Origin: an uncultured Actinomycetes bacterium
GTDB taxonomy: Bacteria; Actinomycetota; Thermoleophilia; RBG-16-64-13
Direction of reading: 5' to 3'
DNA: 64,000 nt
Assembly: GCA_963706025.1 (NCBI GenBank)
Contig: CAVPLM010000017.1
Location: forward strand, 1,709 to 65,708
Part shown: piece after piece, positions 52,082 through 61,402 of the stretch
How positions within the stretch are numbered: position 1 is the first letter of the stretch
Layout of the letters: each line of letters opens with the position of its first letter
Made by a program: the position numbers and the translations under genes
The notes under the pieces: generated by a model
What the model saw: the letters and a program-made list of their open reading frames with translations, nothing else
Told to the model about the DNA's origin: nothing
The model's database searches: none

Positions 52082-53535
52082 ATGTCTGACAAAGAGGAGA
52101 ACGGTCTTACTGAGAAAAGCGTGAGTCGGCGCGAGTTTCTCAAGATCGCAGGTATCGCGGGAGCAGCCGTAGGCGTCGGGGCCGGCCTCGGTGGGCTGGT
52201 GGCCGCGTGCGGCGAAGAAGAAGAGACCACCACCACGGCGGGCGCGACCACCACCACGGCGGGCGCGACCACCACCACGGCGGGCGCAACCACCACCGTG
52301 AGCACCGGGGCCGAAGTGGGCCGGGAGGTCAAGATCGGCTTCGTCACCCCGCTCACCGGCCCGCTGGCTTCGTTCGGCGTTCCCGACAAGTACTGCGTGG
52401 AGCGGGCCCAGGAAGCCATCGGTGACGGCGTCGTCTGTGGCGACGGCATGAAGCACCCGGTCACCATCATCACCATGGACAGCCAGTCCGACTCCAACCG
52501 GGCCGCGCAGGTCACCGGCGACCTGATCAACAACAACAAGGTCGACATGGTGACCGCCGCGTCCACGCCGGACACGGTCGCGCCCGGTGGCGGACCAGTG
52601 CGAGGCCAACGGGATGCCCTGCATCACCAACGACTGCCCGTGGCAATCGTATATCGCCACCGGCAGCGGCGGGGACATCACCGCCGTCTTCAAGTGGACC
52701 TACCACACCTTCTGGGGCCTCGAGGACGTGCAGGCCAACTTCCTCGACATGTGGAGCCAGGTGCCCAACAACAAGGTCGTGGGGGCCATGTTCCCCAACG
52801 ACGCCGACGGCAACGCCTGGCTGCCGGGATGGGCGCCGGTCTGGGAGCCGGCCGGCTATACGGCGGTCATTCCCAGCCAGTTCCAGAACCTGACGGAGGA
52901 CTTCACCGCCCAGATCACCGAGTTCAAGAATGCGGGCTGCGAGATCGGCGTGGGTGTTTTCCTCCCGCCGGACTTCACCAACTTCTGGAAGCAACGGGCC
53001 CAGCAGGGCTGGAATCCCAAGATCGGCACTTATGCCAAGGCCCTGCTCTTCCCGCAGTCCATCGAGGCGCTGGGTGATCTAGGGACTGGGCTGACCACTG
53101 AAGTCTGGTGGACCCCGGCCCACCCGTTCACCTCTTCGCTGCTTGGTGAGACCTGCCAGCAGTTCGCCGACGAGTTCACCAAGCGTACAACGCCAGCAGT
53201 GGACCCAGCCGCTGCTGCACTTCATCGTCTTCGAGATGGCGGTCGACACCCTCCAGCGGGCGACCAGCGTTGACGACAAGGAAGCCATCCTGGCTGCTAT
53301 CAAGACCACCAAGCTGGACACTATCGGCGGTCCCGTCGACTTCACAGCGCCGGTGATCGGTGCCACCCCGCCCTTCCAGGTGGGTCCGTGCCACATCGTC
53401 GAGAACGTCTACAAGACCCCGTTGGTCGGTGGACAGTGGCGTAAGGGCACCACGTGGCCGTACGAGCTGACCATCTGCAGCAACGCTGCCGGCCCGATGA
53501 TCCCGGTGCAAGACAAGGTGCAGTCGCTGGTCTAG
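52082..53535 (+). pseudogene. LivK-type substrate-binding lipoprotein SBP3, about 3 frameshifts
   Basis: SRREFLKIAGIAGAAVGVGAGLGGLVAACG leader, then a TTTAGA-repeat linker. Pieces in ORFs 52082.., 52587.. and 53143..53535. Confidence 0.7.
52226..52288 (+). repeat. 3 x 21-nt perfect/near-perfect tandem repeat encoding (TTTTAGA)3 in SBP3
   Basis: ACCACCACCACGGCGGGCGCG repeated at 52226, 52247 and 52268 (last base A in unit 3). Degenerate versions occur in SBP1 (~40970-41060) and SBP2 (~42655-42735). Confidence 0.9.
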
Positions 53536-53572
53536 GCCTCACAGATCAGAGGTTCGGTCTCGGCTTGCAGAA

Positions 53573-53610
53573 GGGGCCGCGACACGCGGGCGATCGCGTG
53601 TCGCGGCCCC
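53573..53610 (+). terminator. Strong hairpin terminator after SBP3
   Basis: GGGGCCGCGACACGCG-ggcgat-CGCGTGTCGCGGCCCC (16-bp perfect stem) followed by TTCGCTGG. Confidence 0.55.
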
Positions 53611-53777
53611 TTCGCTGGCCGGGTCCGAAGTCGCGCTGGGCGTGTTTCTTGACCTCGGACCGCGCAGTGTGACATCCTGTTACGTTGTGCGTCAGAGTCT
53701 TCTCCGGTCGGACCGGCGCTCAGTCTAATCTAAGAGGATCAAGGGGGAGTGGGGGATTCGCATGGAGGTGATTCCAC

Positions 53778-54503
53778 TTGACGGTAGCGCTTGAAACCCA
53801 AGGCCTTCGGAAGTCTTTCGGCGGGGTCTTGGTGATCGACGACCTGAGCATCAGCGTGGACCAAGGGGAGGCTCTCGGCATCGTCGGTCCCAACGGGGCA
53901 GGCAAGACCACTTGGTTCAACCTGATCACCGGCGCAGTGAACGAAGACGCCGGCAAGGTGATCTTCGAGGGCAGGGACATCACCGATCTCTCTCGGCACG
54001 AACGGTGCCGCATCGGCTTGGGCCGCACCTTCCAGATTCCGAGGCCCTTCACGGGCATGACCGTCTTCGAGAATGTCCTGGTGGGTGCCACCCACGGCCG
54101 CAAGATGGCGGCCCGGGCTTCTTACGCCCATTGCGTGGATATTCTGGAGTGGACCGGCCTGCACAAGAAGGTGAACGTTCTCGCCGGGTCGCTTAGCCTG
54201 CTCGATCGCAAACGCTTGGAGCTGGCCCGGGCTCTGGCCACCGATCCCAGTTTGCTGCTTCTGGACGAGATCGCCGGCGGCCTCACCCAGGTCGAGGTCG
54301 AAGAACTGATCGAAGAGATCAAGAAGCTCAGGACCAGGGGCGTCACCATTGTCTGGATCGAGCACATCGTTCACGCTCTCCTGGCTGTGGTCGATCGCAT
54401 CACCGTCATCCAGTTCGGCCGCAAGCTGTGCGAGGGAGACCCTCACGAGGTCATGAACAGCCAGGAAGTCCAGGCCTGCTACATGGGAGGGACGCCGGCA
54501 TGA
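53778..54503 (+). CDS. ABC transporter ATP-binding protein, LivG type
   Basis: GPNGAGKTT Walker A, LSLLDRKRLELARAL signature, LLLDEIAGG Walker B. TTG start. Confidence 0.85.
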   Translation: MTVALETQGLRKSFGGVLVIDDLSISVDQGEALGIVGPNGAGKTTWFNLITGAVNEDAGKVIFEGRDITDLSRHERCRIGLGRTFQIPRPFTGMTVFENVLVGATHGRKMAARASYAHCVDILEWTGLHKKVNVLAGSLSLLDRKRLELARALATDPSLLLLDEIAGGLTQVEVEELIEEIKKLRTRGVTIVWIEHIVHALLAVVDRITVIQFGRKLCEGDPHEVMNSQEVQACYMGGTPA

Positions 54504-55198
54504 GTCTGCTCGAGATCGACAACGCCAGCGTCTTCTACGAGGACTTCCAGGCTCTCTACGACCTCTCCCTCAAGGTGGAAGAAGGTGAGATATTCGCCTG
54601 CATCGGCGCCAACGGGGCAGGCAAGTCCACCCTGCTCAGGACCATCTCCGGCGTGCTCGTCCCCCGTATGGGACGCATCCTCTTCGATGGGCAGTCCATC
54701 GATCATATGCCCCCCCACAAGCGGGTGGAGCTGGGTATCTCCATGGTGCCGGAAGGTCGCCGGGTGTTCCCCAGCCTGAGCGTGCACGAGAACCTGCAGA
54801 TCGGTGCCTGGCGTAGCCGCAAGGGTCCCTGGAGCACGGATGCCGTCTATGACATGTTCCCCCTCCTACAGCCCCTCAGGAAGCGTCAGGCCTCCGGTCT
54901 TTCCGGCGGCGAGCAGCAGGCTCTGGCGATCGGGCGCTCGCTCATGAGCAATCCCAGGCTCATCCTGATGGACGAGGTCTCGTTGGGTCTGGCTCCGGTG
55001 GTCATCAAACGGATCTACGACGCCTTCCCGAAGCTCCTCAGTTCTGGCTGTACCATCCTCGTCGTCGAGCAGGACGTCCAGCACGTGCTCACAGTGGCCA
55101 ATCACGTGGCCTGCTTTCTTGAGGGTCGGATCGCCCTTGAGGGTGAACCCAAGGATCTGACCACCGACCAGATAACCGCGGCCTACTTCGGAGTGTAG
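54500..55198 (+). CDS. ABC transporter ATP-binding protein, LivF type
   Basis: ATG 54500 overlaps the previous stop. GANGAGKST, LSGGEQQALAIGRSL, ILMDEVSLGLAP. Confidence 0.85.
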   Translation: MSLLEIDNASVFYEDFQALYDLSLKVEEGEIFACIGANGAGKSTLLRTISGVLVPRMGRILFDGQSIDHMPPHKRVELGISMVPEGRRVFPSLSVHENLQIGAWRSRKGPWSTDAVYDMFPLLQPLRKRQASGLSGGEQQALAIGRSLMSNPRLILMDEVSLGLAPVVIKRIYDAFPKLLSSGCTILVVEQDVQHVLTVANHVACFLEGRIALEGEPKDLTTDQITAAYFGV

Positions 55199-55200
55199 AT

Positions 55201-56073
55201 ATGGACTGGATCAACGCAGCTGTCCAAGGCATCCTCCTGGGTGGCCTCTATGCTCTGTTTGCCACGGGCTTGGCCCTCGTCTTTGGGACGATGCGCCTGG
55301 TCAACCTGGCTCACGGTGACCTGACGGTCCTGCCCGCGTACGTAGCGCTGATGCTCGTGAACGCGTTTCGCTTCAACCCGTTCTACTCCATCCCGATCAC
55401 CATGGTGGTCATGTTCGTCGTCGGCTACTTGCTCCAGCGGGGCCTTCTTAACCTTATCGTAGGCAAGGGGGACGTAGCCGGGGTGATCGTGACCTTCGGT
55501 CTCTCGATCGTGATCCAGAACGCCTTGTTGCTGGCTTTCACGGCCAACTCCCAGGGGCTCGACGCCGGCACGGTCGAGAACTTGAGCATCAAGGTCAACG
55601 ACCGGCTGGCCATCGGCTGGTTGCCGCTGATCATCTTCCTCATGTCCCTGGTGGTCATCACCGGTCTGCAGATGTTCCTGAGCCGGACCAAGATGGGGCG
55701 CGGCTTCCGTGCCATATCGGACGATACCGATGCCGCCCGGCTCATGGGCATCAACACCAAGCACGTGTGGGCGATCGCCATGGGCGTGGCGCTCGGCATC
55801 GTTGCGATCGGCGGGGTGATGATGGGCATCCGCACCACCTTCGATCCTTTGCTCGGTACCCAACGCCTGATCTACGCGTTTGAGGCCGTCATCATCGGCG
55901 GCATGGGATCGGGATGGGGGACCCTTTTGGGTGGTGTGATTCTGGGGTTATCTCAGACCTTGGGCGCACAGGCCTTCGGCTCGGCCTGGTCCATCCTGGT
56001 CGGGCACGTGGTCTTTGTGGCCATCCTGGCGTTTAGACCACAAGGCCTCCTCGCGAAGACGGTGACGACATGA
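55201..56073 (+). CDS. Branched-chain-amino-acid-type ABC permease, LivH type
   Basis: 290 aa polytopic. GLALVFGTMRLVNLAHGD is typical of LivH. Confidence 0.85.
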   Translation: MDWINAAVQGILLGGLYALFATGLALVFGTMRLVNLAHGDLTVLPAYVALMLVNAFRFNPFYSIPITMVVMFVVGYLLQRGLLNLIVGKGDVAGVIVTFGLSIVIQNALLLAFTANSQGLDAGTVENLSIKVNDRLAIGWLPLIIFLMSLVVITGLQMFLSRTKMGRGFRAISDDTDAARLMGINTKHVWAIAMGVALGIVAIGGVMMGIRTTFDPLLGTQRLIYAFEAVIIGGMGSGWGTLLGGVILGLSQTLGAQAFGSAWSILVGHVVFVAILAFRPQGLLAKTVTT

Positions 56074-57146
56074 ACGCCAAGGCAACTACAGCCGAAACCG
56101 GCGGCAGGCAGTTCTCAGTCCATGTCGCTACTCGGACGAACTACATGATCCTCGTTTTTGGGGTGCTGGTCCTTATCGTGTTGGCCGTCTTTCCGCTTTT
56201 CGGAGGGATACCGTGGACCCGCCGGCTGGTCGACTTCTTCACCCTCCTAGCTCTGGCTCAACTCTGGAACCTCATGCTTGGCTATGCCGGCATCATCTCG
56301 GTGGGGCAGCAGGGTTTGATCGGCATGGGGTCCTATGCCCTGTGGTTTTTTGCAGATGTCCTGCACATCAACCCCTTCATCAGCGTGGTCTTCGCCGGCA
56401 TCGGCGGCGCGATCATCGCCCTCCCGGCGGCGGCCCTGGTGTTCAGACTCAAGGGTGGCTACCTCGCCATCGGCACCTGGGTCATAGCGGAGATCCTGCG
56501 GTTGATCGTAGCCAACATCAAGAGGACCGGCGGCGGGTCGGGGATCACCATCCAGGCGGCTACTCAGTTGGGTACGGAAGTGCGGGTGCCGGGAACGTAC
56601 TGGTGGGGACTGGCCTCGGCGATGCTTTCCATGGGGGTCATCTACTTCTTGCTCCGATCGCGCACCGGTCTGGCCTTGAAGGCCATGCGTGACAACGACC
56701 TGGCCGCGGAGAGTTCCGGAGTGAACCTGTGGCGCGCCAAGCTCTACACCTACGTGATCGCCGGGGCCGGGTGCGCCGTGGTGGGAGCGATCGTGGCCAT
56801 CCACCTCCTGAGGGTCCAGCCCGCCGCGGCCTTCAGCATCAACTGGACGGCATACATGCTCTTTATCGCGGTCATCGGGGGGGTAGGCACGATCGAGGGG
56901 CCGGTCATCGGTACCATCATCTACTTCGTCCTCCGAGAGACGACCAGCAAGTATGGAGAGTGGTACTTCATCATTCTGGGTCTCCTGGCCATCGTTGTGA
57001 CCGTGTGGAGCCCAAGCGGCATCTACGGTTACATCTACCGGAAGACCAGTTTCCTTCTGTTCCCGCTCCAGCGCAAGCTCGCATATAGGGATGAGCCGGG
57101 ACGAGCGACCCCCGTCGCTGCGGAGAGCGGCGAGACGCCCGGCTAG
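56070..57146 (+). CDS. Branched-chain-amino-acid-type ABC permease, LivM type
   Basis: 358 aa polytopic. LMLGYAGIISVGQQGLIGMGSY is typical of LivM. Overlaps the LivH stop. Confidence 0.85.
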   Translation: MNAKATTAETGGRQFSVHVATRTNYMILVFGVLVLIVLAVFPLFGGIPWTRRLVDFFTLLALAQLWNLMLGYAGIISVGQQGLIGMGSYALWFFADVLHINPFISVVFAGIGGAIIALPAAALVFRLKGGYLAIGTWVIAEILRLIVANIKRTGGGSGITIQAATQLGTEVRVPGTYWWGLASAMLSMGVIYFLLRSRTGLALKAMRDNDLAAESSGVNLWRAKLYTYVIAGAGCAVVGAIVAIHLLRVQPAAAFSINWTAYMLFIAVIGGVGTIEGPVIGTIIYFVLRETTSKYGEWYFIILGLLAIVVTVWSPSGIYGYIYRKTSFLLFPLQRKLAYRDEPGRATPVAAESGETPG

Positions 57147-57175
57147 ACCGCATTGCCACAGACTGATCGCGTGCC

Positions 57176-57203
57176 CGGGAGGCCGCCGCAAGGCGGCCTC
57201 CCG
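57176..57203 (+). terminator. Hairpin terminator after the permease gene
   Basis: CGGGAGGCCGCC-gcaa-GGCGGCCTCCCG, 12-bp stem with a GNRA loop. Confidence 0.5.
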
Positions 57204-57435
57204 ATCGTGGTTGATGTCAGACCGAGTCTGTATACTGCGGCGCGCTGTTTCGAGCCCACCTGCGGACCAACCGCAAAACACTCGGTCGAGCCGCGCACAC
57301 TGCAGCACAAACGGCCGGATGCAGGGAACGGACACGGTGGCTGAAGGTTCCGCATGTCAGGACCAGACCCAGCGCGGTTCGTCTCGTCGGTAGGCTGCGA
57401 AGCGACCCCGGGGGCCCGAAGGGAAGGGGGTAGGG

Positions 57436-58305
57436 ATGAGTGCTGATCCGAGCGTACGTTCTGTCGCCCGTGCAGTGTCCATCCTGGAACAATTCACGGT
57501 CGACCGCCCCGAGCTTACTTTGACCGAGATAAGCGTGGGTATCGGCCTTAGCAAGAGCACCACCCACCGCCTACTGGGCACCCTCGAAGCCGCTGAGATT
57601 GTGGAGCTCGACAAGCGGACCTCGCGGTATCATCTCGGTCTCAAGATCTTCCGCTTGGGCAGCGTGGTGTCCAAGAGCATGGATCTCGTCAAGCAGGCCG
57701 ACCCTCTGCTTTCAAACGTTACCGAGGAAACCGACGAGTCCTCGTTCCTGCAGGTCGCCGACGGCAACGAGGCCCTTTGTCTTCGCCGCTTCGACGGCAC
57801 CCATCACGTGCGGGTGCTGTTCATGGAAGCGGGCAGGCGCTCGGCTTTCAACTGCGGCGCCGGCCAGCGAGTCCTCCTCGCCCACCTGCCGGAATGGCGT
57901 TGGGAGGAGGTCGTGACCAGTCACACCCGCCGCATGACCCAGTATTCCCTGGTCAGCCGGGAGGAGTTGGAGCGCGACCGGCGCGAGATCCGGGAACGGG
58001 GCTACACGGTGAGCTGGGAGGATGTAACCCTTCACGCCTGCGCTCTGGGAGCCCCGGTACGCGACGCGACCGGTGCCGTGGTGGCGGCAGTAAGCATCTC
58101 CGGGATCGTGCAACGATTCTCGGCCGAACGCCTGCCCACCCTGATCCGTAGGATCATGGAAGTGGGAGACGAGCTGTCCCGTAGGCTAGGGTATCTGCTC
58201 CAAGAGACGGATGGCCGCTCCGCGGCCCCCTCGCGGTCCGGTGGAGATATGCCGGGCGCGAAGAGTTCCAGCGAGAGACGCGATCGTCCGTCAACTGAGG
58301 GTTAA
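57436..58305 (+). CDS. IclR-family transcriptional regulator (second copy)
   Basis: 289 aa. VARAVSILEQF...LTLTEISVGIGLSKSTTHRLLGTLE plus an effector domain. Confidence 0.8.
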   Translation: MSADPSVRSVARAVSILEQFTVDRPELTLTEISVGIGLSKSTTHRLLGTLEAAEIVELDKRTSRYHLGLKIFRLGSVVSKSMDLVKQADPLLSNVTEETDESSFLQVADGNEALCLRRFDGTHHVRVLFMEAGRRSAFNCGAGQRVLLAHLPEWRWEEVVTSHTRRMTQYSLVSREELERDRREIRERGYTVSWEDVTLHACALGAPVRDATGAVVAAVSISGIVQRFSAERLPTLIRRIMEVGDELSRRLGYLLQETDGRSAAPSRSGGDMPGAKSSSERRDRPSTEG

Positions 58306-58429
58306 CGGACGCTTCGGCCCTTTCTCTCATGCGCAATGCGGGTCGAGAGTATGGTTTAATACTCGAGGGTGAGTTGTGGGTGTTGCTGGGTTTTGCCGGG
58401 GTGTGAGGGCGATAAGGAGGAATCGACTG

Positions 58430-58705
58430 ATGCCCAGCTGGATAGGACCGTGGGAGATAGCGATCATTCTGGTGTTGATCTTGCTCATCTTCGGCCCGAG
58501 GAAACTGCCCGAACTCGGCTCGTCGCTTGGCAAGTCCATCCGCGGCTTCAAGAGAGGCATGAAGGACGGCCAGGACGAAGGTGAGGCGACGGTCTCCGAA
58601 GCGCACGAAGCGGCGGAGCAGAAAGCCCCCGAGCCGCCCAAAGCTGAGGCCCAACCAGCCCCGTCCGAGTCTGTGAAGTCGGACACGATCGAGAAGACCG
58701 GATAG
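58430..58705 (+). CDS. tatA: Twin-arginine translocase subunit TatA/E
   Basis: ATG 58430 lies 9 nt after AAGGAGG. WEIAIILVLILLIFGPRKLPELGSSLGKSIRGFK is the TatA signature. The track ORF starts further upstream at 58376. Confidence 0.85.
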   Translation: MPSWIGPWEIAIILVLILLIFGPRKLPELGSSLGKSIRGFKRGMKDGQDEGEATVSEAHEAAEQKAPEPPKAEAQPAPSESVKSDTIEKTG

Positions 58706-58735
58706 GGGCGATGCCGCCCCCAAGGCGGCGCCTTC

Positions 58736-59869
58736 ATGTCCACCGGCGAGAGCTTCGTCTATCTCGAGATCGCAGAAGCGATCCGTAGGCTCATCGTATC
58801 CGGGGAGCTCCAGCCCGGGGACCGCCTACCTTCCGTCCGGGCCATGGCCCAACGCTGGAGATGCACACCCAACACGGTCAGCCGGGGCTATGCCCTGCTT
58901 TCACGCGAGGGGCTGGTGGTGGGCCATCGGGGCGGCGGCACCCGCGTGGTGTCGACCAGGGCCGAGTCAAGTGCGTTCGCGCCTCCGGAGTGGGAGTGGG
59001 CCAATCTGGTCAATCGGGCCGAGAACTACCTGCTCGAAAGCCTGAGTCTGGGTCATAGCCCGGGGCACGCCGAAGCCGCGCTGGCCGCGGCCATATCCCG
59101 CTGGCAAGATCTGCGACGGCCGGCTTCTCCCCAAAAGGTCGTGACGCTCGCGGATCGGAACGATCGAGAGGTGCGATTCTCCGGCAGCCACGATCTTTCC
59201 GTCGAACTGCTGGGACGAGCGCTCCTCGAGCGGACGCCTCCGGTGATGCTTTCGATCGACTTCATCGGCAGCCTGGGGGGGCTCATGGCCCTGGCCCGAG
59301 GCGAGGCCGACATCGCCGGCACGCACTTGTTCGACGAAGCCACAGGGGCGTACAACACGCCTTTCGTGCGGCGTGTCCTTCCCAATCGCAGAGTGGTGCT
59401 TCTGAACCTCGCGCAGCGGGTGCAGGGGCTTATCGTGCCGGCAGGGAACGCCCAGGGGCTGCGGTCGATCGCCGATCTGGCCGGGCCGGCGGTCCGCTTC
59501 ATCAACCGCCAGCCGGGCTCGGGTACGAGGGTGTGGCTGGACATCCGTCTGAGACACGAGGGCATGTCTTCCGAGGACATCTCGGGGTATGACCAGGAGG
59601 AGTCGACCCACCTGGGAGTAGCCCGCGCCGTAGCCGAAGGCCGGGCCACCGCTGGTGTCGGCATCAGTGCCGCGGCAGCCGCGTACGGCCTGGGTTTCGT
59701 ACCCCTGGGCGAGGAACGTTACGATCTGGTGATCCCTTCGGAGATCTGGGATACGCCGGCTCTGCTGTCGCTGCGGGAAGTGTTGACCTCCCAGCACTTC
59801 AAGGAGGCCATCTTGGCTCTGGGCGGCTACGACGTTTCTCAGACGGGGAGCGAGACCTTGCTCGACTGA
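58736..59869 (+). CDS. GntR-type HTH regulator fused to a PBP_like (COG1910 molybdate/tungstate-binding-type) domain
   Basis: N-terminus LPSVRAMAQRWRCTPNTVSRGYALL. C-terminus GSHD..., GEADIAGTHL, NRQPGSGTRVWLD, THLGVARAVAEGRA..GVGI, YDLVIP. Confidence 0.7.
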   Translation: MSTGESFVYLEIAEAIRRLIVSGELQPGDRLPSVRAMAQRWRCTPNTVSRGYALLSREGLVVGHRGGGTRVVSTRAESSAFAPPEWEWANLVNRAENYLLESLSLGHSPGHAEAALAAAISRWQDLRRPASPQKVVTLADRNDREVRFSGSHDLSVELLGRALLERTPPVMLSIDFIGSLGGLMALARGEADIAGTHLFDEATGAYNTPFVRRVLPNRRVVLLNLAQRVQGLIVPAGNAQGLRSIADLAGPAVRFINRQPGSGTRVWLDIRLRHEGMSSEDISGYDQEESTHLGVARAVAEGRATAGVGISAAAAAYGLGFVPLGEERYDLVIPSEIWDTPALLSLREVLTSQHFKEAILALGGYDVSQTGSETLLD

Positions 59870-60019
59870 CTCGGCGCTGCCTGGCGCCGCCCCGACTCGG
59901 CCTGCCGAGACGGCCCGACCGAGCCCCGGCTCGGCGCTGCCGACCCTCAGCCGACCGTTCGTTGTAGTCGCGTCCTCGGTGCTAGTCTTAGCTGGGAGCG
60001 GACCAGAAGGAGGAGCGGA

Positions 60020-61351
60020 GTGGGCACTACCCTGACCAAAGGCGACATCATCCTCATGGCGGAAGAGCGCGATGTCAAGTTCATCCGCCTGTGGTTCACG
60101 GATGTGCTGGGTTTCCTCAAGAGCATTGCGATGACCCGCCGAGAGCTTGAGGGCGCCCTCGAGGAAGGGATGGGCTTCGATGGCTCGTCGATCGAGGGCT
60201 TCGCTCGGGTCCACGAATCAGATATGGTGGCCATGCCCGATCCTTCCACCTTCGCCATCCTGCCGTCGATCCCGGAGACCGGGGGCACCGCCCGGATGTT
60301 CTGCGACATCATCCAGCCCGACGGCCGGCCCTACGATGGGGACCCCCGTTACGCGCTGAAGCGTGTACTGGCGAAAGCTGCCGACCTGGGCTATACGATG
60401 TACGTGGGTCCCGAGCTGGAGTTCTTCTACTTCAAGGACAGCGCGCATACCGAGGTCTTGGACCGGGGGGGCTACTTCGATCTGACCTCCCTCGACCTCT
60501 CCACCAATGTGCGCCGCGACACAGTCACGGCGTTGGAGTCGATCGGCATCGAGGTGGAGTATGCCCATCACGAGTGCGGCCCGTCCCAGCACGAGATCGA
60601 TCTCCGCTATAAGGACGCCTTGACCATGGCCGACTCGGTGATGACCTATCGCCTGCTGGTCAAAGAGGTGGCCAACGCCCAGGGTATACATGCCACTTTC
60701 ATGCCCAAGCCCATGTTTGGCGAAGCGGGTTCGGGGATGCACGTGCACCAGTCGCTCTTCAGGGGGCAACGGAACGCTTTCTTCGACCCGGACGATGCTT
60801 ACCACATGACCTCTGTAGGCAAGGCCTATGTGGCCGGGCTGCTCCACTACGCCCCGGAGATGTGCCTGGTGACGAACCAGTGGGTCAATTCCTACAAGCG
60901 TCTGGTGGCCGGCTACGAAGCTCCTATCTATTGTTGTTGGGCCCGTCGCAATCGTTCGGCGCTGGTCAGGATCCCCATGTACAAGCCGGGCAAGGAGCAG
61001 GCGACCCGGGTGGAACTGCGCAATCCCGACCCGGCGGCGAACCCCTACCTGGCTTTCGCGGTGATGTTGGCCGCCGGCCTGAAGGGCATCGAGGATGGAC
61101 TGGAGCTACCGCCCGAGGCCACCGACAACATCTATGAATGGTCCGCGGAAGAGCGGGATGAAGCGGGCATCCCTTCATTGCCGGGCGATCTCGAAGGGGC
61201 CATCATCGCCTTCGAGAACTCCGAACTCATGCGGGATACTCTGGGCGATCACATCTTCGAGTATCTGATCAAGAACAAACGGGCCGAGTGGGACGCCTAC
61301 AGGGCTCTGGTGACCTCCTGGGAGGTCGATCGGTATCTCGAGATCCTGTAG
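60020..61351 (+). CDS. glnA: Glutamine synthetase type I
   Basis: Intact 443 aa. VKFIRLWFTDVLG, GFDGSSIEGF, HHECGPSQHEID, GSGMHVHQSL, NSYKRLV, RNRSALVRIP. Confidence 0.9.
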   Translation: MGTTLTKGDIILMAEERDVKFIRLWFTDVLGFLKSIAMTRRELEGALEEGMGFDGSSIEGFARVHESDMVAMPDPSTFAILPSIPETGGTARMFCDIIQPDGRPYDGDPRYALKRVLAKAADLGYTMYVGPELEFFYFKDSAHTEVLDRGGYFDLTSLDLSTNVRRDTVTALESIGIEVEYAHHECGPSQHEIDLRYKDALTMADSVMTYRLLVKEVANAQGIHATFMPKPMFGEAGSGMHVHQSLFRGQRNAFFDPDDAYHMTSVGKAYVAGLLHYAPEMCLVTNQWVNSYKRLVAGYEAPIYCCWARRNRSALVRIPMYKPGKEQATRVELRNPDPAANPYLAFAVMLAAGLKGIEDGLELPPEATDNIYEWSAEERDEAGIPSLPGDLEGAIIAFENSELMRDTLGDHIFEYLIKNKRAEWDAYRALVTSWEVDRYLEIL

Positions 61352-61402
61352 GGAGGCGCCTGCCGATGCCGGCGCGGGTCCCCGCGGGAGGAGGATAGGC
61401 AC

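Noticed and set aside
52226-52288. Short tandem repeats in the SBP genes as a CRISPR-like or minisatellite element
   Set aside because: The repeats are directly adjacent with no spacers. They are in frame and encode a Thr/Ala/Gly linker after the lipobox. They are coding low-complexity repeats, not CRISPR.
18796-58305. tRNA-Leu-flanked 39-kb catabolic region as an integrative genomic island
   Set aside because: No integrase, transposase or excisionase gene is present, and I found no direct repeat of the tRNA 3' end. The island lies on the 5' side of the tRNA rather than at its 3' end. Only modest compositional differences support horizontal origin.
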